Assembly: GCA_951406725.2 (NCBI GenBank)
Contig: OX597815.1
Location: 88,102,001-88,166,000 of the forward strand
Origin: Octopus vulgaris
Lineage: Eukaryota
Direction: 5' to 3'
Length of the DNA: 64,000 nucleotides
In this document: positions 25,390 through 37,904 of the stretch, piece after piece
How positions within the stretch are numbered: position 1 is the first letter of the stretch
How the letters are laid out: every line of letters begins with the position of its first letter
The notes under the pieces: generated by a model
The model's database searches: none
What the model was told of the DNA's origin: nothing
The model's input: the letters and a program-made list of their open reading frames with translations, nothing else
Made by a program: the position numbers and the translations under genes

Positions 25390-26815
25390 TTTGGGCAGGG
25401 AGAGGTTATAGTTGACTAAATCAACTTCAGTACTACCTCGTATTTTATTTTATTAACCCAGATAGATGAAGATCAAGTTAACCCTGGCAGGATTTGAACT
25501 TAAAATGTAAAGAACTATAACAAAATTCTTTATCATTTTTATGTTTACTTTTCTATGTTGGCATGGATTAGCTAGGGACATTTTAAAGTTGTGTTTTCTG
25601 ACTGGATGCACAATTTTTTTTTACCTGCTCTTTGGTCACCTCTTACAATGTGCAAGGATATAGGGCAACTATTCTAAAAATCATGATACATATGCAGTTT
25701 TATAAAATTTATTTCTAGCATAAACACAGGGCCTCAAATTTGTGGCAAGTTAATTATATTGTCTCTGGTACTTGACTAGTACTTTATTTTATCAATGTCA
25801 GTAGGTTGAAAGGCAGAGCTGACTATGACAAAATTTAACAAAGGACATAAGGCACTAGAAAAAAAATATTGCAAGATGTTTTGTTTGCCAAAAAAAGATT
25901 CAAAGCCATAAATTTTAGAATTGAGGAAAACAGTTGATTTAGTTGACACAAGTACATGCTTGATATTTATTTAACCGCCTCCAACTAAATAGAATGAAAT
26001 GCAAACTTGTCTACAACAGAACAGACAAATGAAACTATATACTTCACTATATTTTTGATAATCTACCTACCTTAGTAATAGTACTTAATACCTAACATAG
26101 GTACAAGTTTTGGGGGTATGAGTTGATTACTGCCCTAATAATGATAATAATAATGTTTCTGATTTAAGCACAAGGCCAATATTTTGAAGCTAGGGGATTT
26201 GTCAATACTGCTAACCCCAGTACTTGTTTGGTACTTTATTTTATCAATCCCAGAAGAATGAAATGCAAAGTTAACTTTGGCAGGATTTGAACTGAAAATG
26301 TAAAGTATTGTAACAAATGCTGTTAAGCATTTTGTCTGATGCTGTTATGACTCTGCCAGTTCAATGATAATAATAATATTCAGCTTGTCATGATATGTGC
26401 TTGTATGCCATTTTTAACGGGCTTAAGTAATAACTGAAAATTCACCATAATAGAACAAGTTGGTGTTTATATATTCAACAAACTTAATTATAGAAGAAAA
26501 TCAAGGACATAATTTTTAACATATGAAACAATGTTATGAAAATCTTCAGTTTTATGCATCAAGTTAGAAACATGAATTGTGGAATATCCATGGGTCCTGC
26601 TAGTTATTATTTTTGTTGTTGTTATTAAGGTAGTAGATTGGCAGAATCCTTAGTACTTTGGACAAAATGCCTTGTGGTGTCTTTATTTCAGTTCTTTATG
26701 TTCACTGTGGTCAACTTTGACTTTCAGCTTTCCAGCTTCAATAAAATAAAGTACCAGTTAAGTGCAGGGAGTAATGAATTCAACAGCTCCTTTCTCACTA
26801 ATTTTTGGCTTAGCA
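25390..26815. mobile_element. Cluster of old family A SINEs: about 25390-25520 (-), 25715-25890 (-), 26155-26365 (-), 26628-26815 (+)
   Basis: Repeated gtactttattttatc..gaatgaaa..caaagttaac..ggcaggatttgaact motifs. Confidence 0.6.
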
Positions 26816-26849
26816 CCTATATCATCATCACATTTTCAACCATTTCATT

Positions 26850-27780
26850 TATGTTTCTGCTGTGCTGTTATGTTCCTGAGGTGTGTGCAGCATTGATTTT
26901 TTTTTTTTTTGTGGTAGGGTGGGATAATAATTGTTTTTATATATTACACAGTTTTGTTTCTTTGTTTCTCAAGTGTTTTGTCTGTTTACTGTGTAGGATA
27001 CATGCAATGTGAGTTTGTGTTAGTGTTGGGTGTAGAGTATACATTGTGTTATTTTACTAAGTTATCAGTGTGTAGTGTATGTGTTGAGTGATGACCAAGA
27101 ATTGTGTGCTATACAAGGCGGCGAGCTGGCAGAAACGTTAGCATGCTGGGCGAAATGCTTAGCAGTATTTTGTCTGCCGTTACGTTCTGAGTTCAAATTC
27201 TGCCGATCCTTTCAGCGTCAATAAATTAAGTACCAGTTACGCACTGGGGTTGATCTAATCGACTTAATCTGTTTGTCTGTCCTTGTTTGTCCCCTCTATG
27301 TTTAGCCCCTTGTGGGCAATAAAGAAATAAGAACTGTGTGCTATACAAGTGAAAGGAGTGTATTGTGTGAAATGTGCAGTTGAATTGAAAGTGTCTTGTA
27401 TAAGATGTGAGCTTTACCTACCAGGGCTATTTTGTGTCAGGATGTGAACTCTTGTATGGTTTACTTTTATTCATGTTCCTTTTGGGTTATTATTAATAGG
27501 GTAATTCTTTGGTGAGAAAAGGATCAAAATCTCAGTGTACACAGATTTTCATTTCTGTTCTTAATGCACTTGGACAGTTTTCTTTCATCTCCTTATCAGT
27601 TTGGAGATATGTTCCAGATGATTGTGGCTATAGCTTTGTTATATACTCTGTTCAATATATTTATACCACCTGTTAACCATTTTCATGAAGTGTTGGTATA
27701 TTGCTCTGTGGTTGTAGTTAGGGGTTCATTATTATATGTGAGTATACTTGGACATTGCAAAGACTAGGCAAAAAAATGAT
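26850..27780 (-). mobile_element. Possible Penelope-like (GIY-YIG region) relic, interrupted by a SINE
   Basis: GT-rich strand-biased tract; weak minus-strand fragments (C..C, TIIWNI, KCI..EMKI) resemble PLE endonuclease tails; no intact motif. Confidence 0.3.
27118..27328 (+). mobile_element. tRNA-derived SINE family A with 21-bp TSD
   Basis: ggcggcgagctggcagaaacgttagc head, gagttcaaattc B-box; TSD aagaa(t/c)tgtgtgctatacaag at 27097-27117 and 27329-27349. Confidence 0.92.
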
Positions 27781-28570
27781 GTCAGTTTCCTCTTTGTACT
27801 GGTTGCTTTTTTTCTCAATCTTTTAGTCAGGAGAGAAGGCCTGTTATAGGGTCTTCAAGGCTGGTGGTGGAGAGTAGGGGAAGGCATCTTCAAACTAGAA
27901 ACTTGGTATTAAATGCTTGCAACAGAGTAGCCTTTGCTTAAAACACTCAAGATGCAGGTTGGTGGTGTTAGACGGGGCAGTGGTAAGTCTACTACCCCTG
28001 TAGACTATGGCAGAGTTTGAACTCAGAATGCAAAAAGTCAGAACAAATACCACAAAACATCCCATCCAACATTCTTACATTTACACCAATCCACTGCCCT
28101 GAATTGATACCCTTTTATCAAACCTGAAAGGAGGAAAGGCAAAGTTTATTTCTGTGAAACATTCTATCTAATGATCTAATGATTATGCTACTTCATCACC
28201 TACTGATTGCATACTGTGCACTTTGTTCTTATTGTTATTTGTAGCCAGGCATACATTCTATGCAGTTAAAATCAGATCTTCCATTTCTGTTTTTAGCCCA
28301 CAGCTTTTGAGCCATTTTTGGCTTTCACACTGGCTTACTTCCTATCCATTGAGTTTTACATGGTATTTGGACATGAAATGAGGTTTTTTCTGTTCTTTAG
28401 AATATTTTAGAATTCTATTTTGATTTTGTTTTTTTTTTTAATCTTTTCTGCTATTTTGTCTTTTACTGATGTTTTGTGCAGCTTCTAGTTTGTATTTTAT
28501 CCCCCCCTCTCTCTCTATATATATATGTGTATGTGTGTGTGCACGTGTGTTTTATAAATATATATATATG

Positions 28571-28611
<41 letters not shown>

Positions 28612-30280
28612 CCTTTCAACACTAATTATTTTCGCTTTGCTTGATTCTAAGTATTATTAATATCATTACTGTTGTTGTTGTTGTTGTAATCATCATCATT
28701 ATCATCATTACTTCTCTTTGCTACAAGCACAATGAAAATATAATTGCTTCTACATAATGCAATTTATTTTCCTCGTACCATACCATAAGGAACATGATCT
28801 GTATCTGTGTTTGAATGTATAAAATATGCACACATACACACACACACACACTGATTAAATAAATAAAAAAATTCATAACACTAATAACGTATGACAACAC
28901 TAAGAATACAAGAAGAATTGATCAGCATTACTCCTTTTGATTTTAGTTTTCTTCATTTTCTTCATTTTTTATCCTTAAAAGTTATTAATAACTTGGTATT
29001 TTAGTTCTGCGCTTGCTTTTTTCCATCTTTAGCTGTTTGTTAAACCTTTGCAGTATAGCATGCATTAACACTCTTCTCTTAAAACATATTAGAAAAGAAT
29101 ATGCATTCATATCATTAACTGTAATAATTAGATGGTGCCATAAAGAAATTTGACATCCTAAAAAATATGTACAGTGATAATATATTCTCCCTTATTTATA
29201 GCTACAAATAATGCATGTCTGAAAATGAAGGAAACAAAAACCGTACTGTTGGAGAAAATTCATTTCATTCAATTTTACTCTGATTTTTTTCTGAATTCTT
29301 TTTTTTTTTTTTAATCATCCTGAATCTTTAAAATATCATTACACTAAAAATGCGGGAAAAAAATTCTTTGATATTTAAAATTATTTAAGTTTAAAAATAA
29401 TTGTGTGTGTGTGTGTGTGTGAGGGGGGGAGGGAGGAAGGGTGATTTTCTTGGAAGTTGTTTCCACTCCTGACAATATAACAGCTGTGTCACAGAGAGAT
29501 ATTATTTATCCTACATTTGCACAGATGCATTGTCAGGAGAATTTGAACAAAAAACAAGAAGATAAATAATAAATAAACAAAAAATTAAACAAAGTGCAAT
29601 CCCGGAGAAGAAACTGAGATATTTGAAACAAAAAAAGAATTTTTATTCCTTTCCTCTCCTTCCTTCTTCTCTTCTTTGAATATTTGAAAGGAATAAGTGA
29701 AAGACAACTGGATTAATAAACATATCGATTCTCTTTCTGTAGAATCTAGCAACTCTCTGACTTTGCTTGAGCACTTTGTAAGTCATCATTATTTTAATGT
29801 CCACCATTCTGTGACTAGTGTGAGTAGGATAGGTCTTCTGTAACTACCTCAGTAACTAGCAACTATATTTAGTGAACCATTTGGGCAGTTCATCAACTTA
29901 ATTTAAGTGATACTTCTACTACTAACTATCCTGTATATCCAGCATAGCTCACATCTTGTATCTGTTATTATGTCATAGGTTCCACTGCATTCTTTGTATA
30001 TTCATTGCTTGATCAAACTCTTACTGAATTCCTATGTATTAAATCTGATTAATTCCCAAATATCACTGTGATTTTATGTTGTCACTTACTAACCCAGCAC
30101 ATTGGTCTTTACCATGTTGAATCTACAGGCCTTTGAATAATGTCTGCAACATTTTTGCAACATTTCAAAAGGTCCTGCATGAGTACCATATCATTAACAG
30201 TTCCCAAACACAACCATTTTTGAACTTGGGTTATAGCTCAAGAATTATTATGAGCAGAAAAGCACTAGACATTAATTAAT

Positions 30281-32540
30281 TCATCAACATCATCATTTAA
30301 TGTTCATTTTCCATGCTGGCATGGGTTGGATGGTCTAACAGGAGCTAGTAAGGCCCCATTGTCTGTTTTGGCATGGTTTCTATGGTTAGATGCCCTTTTT
30401 AAAGCCAACCTCTTTACAGAGTGTACTGGGTGCCTTTATGTAGCACTGGTTCTTTTTACATGGCACCAGTTTTTTTTACATAGTGCCAGTACCAGTATTC
30501 TTTACTTGGCACTAGCACTGTCACCAAGTAACTTGGAAGCAGGTAGTAGTGGTGGGGGTAAGAGGAGTTTGTGCCAGCTGATGAGATATTAGAGGTATAG
30601 AGGTATAGAATACTCCAGTTGAAAAAGAAAGGGGGATGAGTTAGAGAGTAAAATAAAGAGATCAATAAGGCAAGATATGTCAGGACATGCCCTCAGGGGA
30701 CATTAGGGGTGGTGAGAATAATTGGGATGATACAGAAATTTAGACTGGCTGGACGGACAAGATATAGTTGACTGAGGCAGATGATGGAGTGAAATGTAGA
30801 AGAGGCAGGGGGGGGGGTAGGTATGTGAGAGCATTGAGGGTGATAGCAGATAAGCAATGTGTTAATGATGGAGAACAACAAAAGGGAGGAAAGGAAGTGA
30901 TTGGTAGAGACAGCAGGTGGGGAAAAATAATGGGAAATGAAAGCATTTCAGCATGAAGAAGGAGGTAACTGAGAAAGCAGGAGAATGTAGTATGCACCTA
31001 TTCTGCTTTCAGGTGATAGATAAGTGATGTGAGTTAGGGCATGAAAGGTGTAGGAAAATGGTTGACAAGGCAGAGTGGATGCAGGTGGGTTAGGTCAGAG
31101 CCCCTCACAGACAAGCATTATCCAGGATGGTTTAAGATATTAATTCTGCTGTGGTGGATGTCTTTTTCAGTACAGCAAGGCACCAGATATCTGTCCTTTA
31201 TCTCTTTTGTAAGGCTCAGGATATGGAGATTAGCCTTCAGTATTTCATCCGATATCTTTCTTGGTCTCCCTCTTCCACAAGTTCCATCCACTGTAAGCAA
31301 TCAGCACTTCTGTATGCAACTGGCCACATTCATATGCATTACATGACTAAACCAGTGCAGTCTTCTCTCTTGCACACTGCATCTAATTCCTCTTAGGTCT
31401 AATTTTTCTCTCAATACACTAACACTGTCTCACATATATTGCCCATCCAGCAGAGAATACTAGCTTCATTCCCCTCTAGTTTCCACATATCTTCTGCATT
31501 CAGGACCCACCCCTCACTGCCACGTAATATTGTTGTTTGTACACATGCATCATTCAACTTTCCCTTCAATCAGGGAGAGTGACCTTTGGTTGCCAACAGA
31601 AGCAAAACATATCTGAATTTTCTCCTTCCTATTCTTATTCTAGCAATTACACTTTTGGTACATCCTCCCTGGCTGCTCATCATGTCCACTAGGTTACAAA
31701 AATTATCTATTATCTCTAAAGAGCTTCTGGGGCATTTGAGAAAATCTATTTCTCATGTATCTGTAGTCTTTATGGCTCCTGTGCATGTTCCACATACAAC
31801 ACTACTTTCTCTCTTAATCTTCCTATTATTCCATTGCACCTCTTGTGTGTCCGTAGCTAACACTGTACACCTTATCGAATTACTGCCTACACTTTTCCTG
31901 CATATTGATTAGGGCCATTTACCTGCTGGGGGTAGGGTCTTGACTAATTTCCTGTTTACTAGGACCTTGGTCTTTGCTAAGTTCATCTTAAGGCTCTTTG
32001 ATTCCAGGTTTTACTTCCACACCTGACTTTCTGTTACAGAATCTGCTGTAAGAGCAAGATTACCAGCATATAGCAGTTCTCAGGGGTAGCCAATATTAAA
32101 GTTTTCTGTTATGGCCTTGGAGACAATGATGAATAGGAGGGGACTGATAACCAAACCTGACAAAAACGCCCCTGCCTGCACACTAAATTCATCACTGTAC
32201 TCACAGTTAACTCTCACCTTACTAATAGAACCTCTGTACATGCCCTGCACAGCTTTCAGAAGACATTTGTTTACCCCTGGTTTCCTCAGAGCCCACTATA
32301 TCACACAGCTAGGTACTCTATTGAAGGCTTTCTCCAACTCAACAAATGCCAAGTACAATAGTTTATTCTTCTGCAGTTGCCTGACTATGATAACAGTGTC
32401 GGCAGTGCTTCCCCTTGGCACAAAGCTAGACTGCATTTCATCTTATCTGATTCTGTCACTAATTAATTGGACTATAACTCTTTCTGTAACTTTCATAATT
32501 TGGTCCAGCAATTTGATGCTGATGTAATTACTTCTATGTA
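30281..32540 (-). mobile_element. Decayed RTE LINE covering RT to 3' end, with long CT-rich 3' UTR
   Basis: Minus strand EMQSSFVPRGSTAD, LYLAFVELEKAFN.VP, ELLYAGNL (YADD decayed), LKMNLAKTKVL, PHD-like Cys/His cluster, VDGTCGRGRPRK; (CAT)n tail at 30281. Confidence 0.9.
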
Positions 32541-33359
32541 CCTTTGTGGCACCAGTCATTGGGGAAGGACACCTTCCTGATTAATCATGCAGGTGACTAG
32601 GCCATATCCTATTCTACCAGATATGGGTGTGCTGCCTCCTCTACTTTTTTCTGTGTATCATTTATCTCACATTCTGTTGTAAACATTTTTAAAAAATTAC
32701 TTTTGCATTTTTTTTTTTTTTTTTTTTTGCATTGAATCTTCTATTTTTGCCTTTCTCTGCTCAGCTAAAATAAGCTGTAACTTACCCATTATTTCTCCTT
32801 TTTATTATTTAATTCAAAACTGAAGTTTTAATCACAATCCATAATTTCTATTTGAACTACAGCTATTGTCAAGATTGTGTAATTGATAGTATGTAAAACT
32901 ATTATATTATCAATCAGTTGATCTTTTCAATGCTGCAGCTGCTGATAGTATTGTGTAATGCCTATTATATATATAATTTATTACAGTAAATCCTGTTTAT
33001 GTGTTAAAATGAAATGGAAGGAAGTTGTTTTTATCATTTATTAATCTATTTTTCTTTTAAGCCTATAATACCCTCACGCATACATTTTATTTATGTACCA
33101 ATGATATATTGCAGTAGAAGCATTACTTTATAAAAGACCCATTTACCATAGAAGAAGTTGTTATTTTCACACACTGAGGGCTGGATCTTTACTTTCACTT
33201 TGCTACATTTATAGCTAGAAAATCTTGTGAATTTCTTCAAAAACATTTATGACCATATAGAGGACAAGCATATTGAGAATTGCTCCACAATTTTAGACTA
33301 TTCTTGTCATGTTATGTATTTCTGTTGACTCTTTTTCTTATTGTTTTTGCTCATTACAG

Positions 33360-33456
33360 ATGTCAAGAACTCATTTACACAGGTGAACCACCAATTGTTG
33401 CAGAGATTACAAGTGTACTTCGAGAATGGAGTAACATAATGTATCAACTTTATGAG
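33360..33456 (+). CDS. DOCK1: DOCK exon w3 (97 nt): CQELIYTGEPPIVAEITSVLREWSNIMYQLYE
   Basis: cAG 33358-59, GTatat 33457; phase 2 in, phase 0 out; DOCK_N motif LREW. Confidence 0.93.
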
Positions 33457-34439
33457 GTATATTACCATCTGTGTTCTGGAATCACTGAAAATATATCTTA
33501 ATTTAATGCATTTAACAGATTAGATTTTTAAAACATTTTGCGCAATGTGAATATAGTTGAAAAAAATCTCTTTAGTGTCAAACTTCATAACAAGAATGAA
33601 TAATACACTACACTCTTATTGTCTTTGATAACCTTTCATGAAACGCACACAATCAAGTCTGCGTCTCTTTCCAGAAGGTTCTGCCTAAAAAAGTAGAGTT
33701 AACTTTTTCCTCATAGCATAAAGTTTATTCCTCTGTTTGAACAAGGAAACGTGATATGTAACATATTTGTTTCCTTGGATTCTACTCTTTTACTGCATTA
33801 GATAGGTTTTGTCTCTATGGACAAGATGACTAACTAGTTGCTCATGAGTCATGATCCCTCCCATTGAAATAGATTCCGGATTAACTGGTGGTATTTCTGA
33901 CAGTTGACTGAAGATTTATTTCATCTACTCTATGCTTTGAAGCCAGAGCTAGCAATAGCTCTCAACTATCACTAAGGGTAATTTCTTGCAAAGTATAATA
34001 TGCTTACTAGATAACTGCTCATACATGTGGGATAATGCATCCATCTTGTTCATGAAAATTCTAAATCACATTCAATAATAGATGAACCCTCCTGACACAT
34101 GAGTATCCAGGATTTCAATCAAATGGACAATCTACTTATTGAATTAACATGCAGTGTGGTTGAGAATTTCACAGGCATACATACCCTTAATGTAATTCTC
34201 AATGTGACAAGGCAGGACCTTTGAATCACTGGTACAATCCATTCAATGTGCTTCTAAACAGTCCCATCTATCTACAATGTTTGGATTGAACCTGAGGCTA
34301 TCATAAAGGCATTTGCCCAAGATGTCATGTAGTGAGATTTAAAATTTCATTTAGGAATAGTGATACTAATAAGCTGTTGTTAGAACTCTATATACATATG
34401 CTTTAAAATAAAGCATTAGGTGAGTACAGAGCATAATAT

Positions 34440-34653
34440 AAATTTAAATAAAAGACAAGGGAGCAGGAAATACATAATCAACTTCATTAGCTTTCAGCTG
34501 TTTCTGCTCTAAGATGCAATGCACTTTGGAAACTCCAAGGGAGCTAGAAGGTGATTCACTGGCGTTTAGCTCTGAATGCACTGCACCTTATACCAGAAAC
34601 TCTAAGCTAATGCAATTGGTTATATAATTCATGCTCCCTTGCCTTTTATTTAA

Positions 34654-34657
<4 letters not shown>
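34440..34657. repeat. Imperfect palindrome of about 218 bp abutting (TA)n
   Basis: aaataaaagacaagggagcaggaa..cattagctt pairs with aagctaatg..catgctcccttgccttttattt; inner arms also pair. Confidence 0.85.
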
Positions 34658-34703
<46 letters not shown>

Positions 34704-34815
34704 AACCTGATGCAAGTCTCCAGCTTACCAGTTCCAGTCAAACCATTGAACCCATGCCAGCATGGAAAGCGACATTAAATGACGACGATATATATATATA
34801 TATATATATATATAT
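34658..34815. repeat. (TA)n microsatellite split by a 90-bp RTE tail fragment
   Basis: TA runs at 34658-34700 and 34787-34815 surround gaacccatgccagcatggaaagcgacattaaatgacgacg. Confidence 0.85.
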
Positions 34816-35323
34816 TTCATAGAGAGGTGGAGTATTTACCTTATTGACAAATGGTTCATTACATGTGAGTAATTAACAGCAAATCAGGAGTTGCTTGGGG
34901 GCCCAAAGTATTAACCGCTTCATTTACAGAGTGGTTGTTAGTGGCAGAAGGTAAGTGAGGAAAGGAGGAATGCAGGTGTGAGGAGGATGGTGAAGGACAG
35001 TGGACTGCAGAATAAGATAAACATAAATAAATGTATCTATCCAAATTCCATCCAAACATATATACATGCATGTGTGTGCGCACACACACACACTATTTGA
35101 TGGAAACAGGAGAATAAATTAAATGCTGCATGGTTTGGGTGGTTACAACTGTCTCTGATTTGGTGAGATATAGCTGCATGTATAACGAGGGGAAAAAGTT
35201 AGGTATGATGTGGGCCAAGAGAAAGAGGACATCCTGAAATCAATTTCTTCTCCATTTGACAGTAGTTCTTACCTTTGTCCATCTCTGCTATTGTTAATTA
35301 ATCACTTCCTGCCTAACTCCTCT

Positions 35324-35738
35324 GAGGGTGCATGGCTCAATGGTTAGAAAGTGAAGGCACATACCTCAATACTTGGAGCGGTGAAGGTGCATGGCTCAAT
35401 CGTTTGGGTGGTGAAGGCGCATGACTCAATGGTTAGAGGAGCGGGCTCACAATTATGAGGTAGTGAGCTTAATTCCTGGATCTGGTTGTGTGTTCTTGAG
35501 CAAGACATTTTATTTCATGTTACTCCAGTATACTCAACTGTAGAAATGAGTTGCAACATCAGTGGTGCTAAATTGTATCAGCCTTTGCCTTTCCTGTGGA
35601 TGACATTGGTGGTGTGGAGAGGGTATGCATAAGCAATTGTTGGTCTTCCATAAACAACCTTGCCTGGACTTGTGCCTTGGAAGGTAACTTTCTAGGTGCA
35701 ATCCCATGGTCATTCTTGACTGAAGGTGGCCTTTACCC
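35324..35738 (+). mobile_element. tRNA-derived SINE family C with a four-fold tandem 5' head
   Basis: tgaaggcgcatg(g/a)ctcaatggttagag head, body as in 51359-51684. Confidence 0.85.
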
Positions 35739-35774
35739 TCCTGACTCCACCTCCAAATATACCTGCCTTTTTCT

Positions 35775-36040
35775 TCATCATATTTGTGTGTGTGTTACAG
35801 TCTCCTCATCATGACATCATGTGATAGTTGTAAACAAGTGCTACCATCATGCAAGCAGTGTCCTTCATTTCCAGTATTCTGTGAAAACATATCTAGTCAT
35901 GGGGAAAATATTACCTTACTTGGAAACAGGTTAGGGTTGCAACAGAAAGGGCGTCCAGCCATAGAAAATCTTGCCTTACAAATTCCATCCAACCCATGCA
36001 AGCATGGAAAAGCGGGCATTAAAAATTGAATTATGATGAA
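35775..36040 (+). mobile_element. 3' part of a SINE-like repeat carrying an RTE-type tail
   Basis: gaaagggcgtccagccatagaaaatc..ccaacccatgcaagcatggaaaagcgggcattaaa..gatga. Confidence 0.65.
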
Positions 36041-36230
36041 ACAATGATACTCTTCCTCTTTCTATCTACCCACTCTATCTCCTTTTCCTTTTCTTGGTTA
36101 CCTGAACAAATGTACACACTCTAGCTTATTGAGTACTATATATATAGTAAGCCTGATTTCATTTTAAAATACCAAGTATAATACTTCTGACAGTTAAATC
36201 TATGCTATACATCTAGTCAAACTGAATTGA

Positions 36231-36290
<60 letters not shown>

Positions 36291-36317
36291 GTGTGTGTGT
36301 GTGTACACACATACATA

Positions 36318-36676
36318 TATGCGTATGGCTCAGTGGTTAGTGTCAGGCCCACATTCATGAGGTAGTGAGTTTGATTCCTGGATCGAGCTATATGTTGCGT
36401 TCTTGACTTTATTTCACATTGCTCCAGTTCACTCAGCTGTAGAAATGAGTTGTAATTTCCACTGGTGCCAAGTTGCATCAGTCTTTGCGTTTCCTTGGGC
36501 AGCATCAGTGGTGTGGAGAGGGGAGGTATGCATGGGCAACTGCTGGTCTTCCACAGAACAACCTTGCCCGGACTTGGGCCTGAAAGGGGAACTTTCTAGG
36601 TGCAGTCCCTGGCCACCTTCCGTCAAATAATCCAACCCATGCCATCATGGAAAGCAGACATTAAACGATGATGATA
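36318..36676 (+). mobile_element. SINE family C whose 3' end is replaced by an RTE tail
   Basis: gcgtatggctcagtggttag head; after ctttctaggtgcagtcc the sequence switches to ccaacccatgccatcatggaaagcagacattaaac(GAT)n. Confidence 0.8.
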
Positions 36677-36915
36677 TTACTCAAATTATGTATGCACTTT
36701 AAATCTAAGCTATAAAGTTATAAAGCCACTGCTTTCAATATATCATAAATTTCCAAAAAGAAAGATTTTATGAAACAATAAAGAGAAAAAAAAGATGTGT
36801 GCTCATGTTTGGAAATCTGTTTCCTTTCATTTATGAAGAAAACTTTAATGCAAGACAATATTTAATAGTAGTTAATGTATGAAGCCTCATCAGCAACATT
36901 ACTTAAACATACCTA

Positions 36916-37312
36916 GGCGCAGGAGTGGCTGTGTGGTAAGTAGCTTGCTAACCAACCACATGGTTGCGGGTTCAGTCCCACTGCGTGGCATCTTGGGCAA
37001 GTGTCTTCTGCTATAGCCCCGGGCCGACCAATGCCTTGTGAGTGGATTTGGTAGACGGAAACTGAAAGAAGCCTGTCGTATATATGTATATATATATATA
37101 TGTTTATGTGTCTGTGTTTGTCCCCCTAGCATTGCTTGACAACCGATGCTGGTGTGTTTACGTCCCCGTCACTTAGCGGTTCGGCAAAAGAGACCGATAG
37201 AATAAGTACTGGGCTTACAAAGAATAAGTCCCGGGGTCGATTTGATCGACTAAAGGCGGTACTCCAGCATGGCCACAGTCAAATGACTGAAACAAGTAAA
37301 AGAGTAAAAGAG
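36916..37312 (+). mobile_element. tRNA-derived SINE family B, young
   Basis: ggcgcaggagtggctgtgtggtaag A-box, gggttcagtccc B-box, internal (TA)n, tail gaaacaagtaaaagagtaaaagag; near-identical inverted copy at 50527-50911. Confidence 0.92.
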
Positions 37313-37438
37313 TATACATTTCCCTACAGAAGTTGTTTGGATCTACAGGGCTGCAAATCCCAACATCAAAAACAAACTTGCTCCTTCCCTCCCTTCCCTC
37401 CCTCTCTCATAACTGTCTTGTCTTATCTTTGGCAACAG

Positions 37439-37528
37439 AACTGTGATGAAAAATTTCTTGACATCCGAAATTCAGTACTAGATTTAATGGAATGGCGGAG
37501 TAAGATTTTATCCCAAAAAATGACTGTG
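37439..37528 (+). CDS. DOCK1: DOCK exon w4 (90 nt): NCDEKFLDIRNSVLDLMEWRSKILSQKMTV
   Basis: cAG 37437-38, GTaagt 37529; resembles DOCK1 DLIEWRSQILS. Confidence 0.93.
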
Positions 37529-37904
37529 GTAAGTAATCAGTTTTTAGTTTACAGTACACATGTTTAATGACAGGGAGGGGCGTGTTATTTATTTTTGTCA
37601 CTTTTTTTTTTTTCATAGATCTTTTTTCCTAGCTCAGTTTTTCAATATAGATGCAACGGTCTCCTAATTCTGTGCTTCAGAATAATTAATAAATTCTAGA
37701 AACTCTAAAAGATTTCCTGGAAATAATAAATAGTAATAAATTGTAGGAAATGGGGAATATTAAAAATTACTCCATACAGGAAATTGTAGAAATTTATAAT
37801 GCTAAACATTTAAGTTAAGAGAGAGACAAAAATGTCTATATTTTTTTAGTTCTACCAGTCCATTTTGTATTTGTCTTGTGACCTATCTTCTTTTTTTTTT
37901 TCAG

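Noticed and set aside
37136-37567. 143-aa ORF fusing SINE sequence to a DOCK exon
   Set aside because: Chance read-through; the real exon is bounded by splice sites at 37439-37528.
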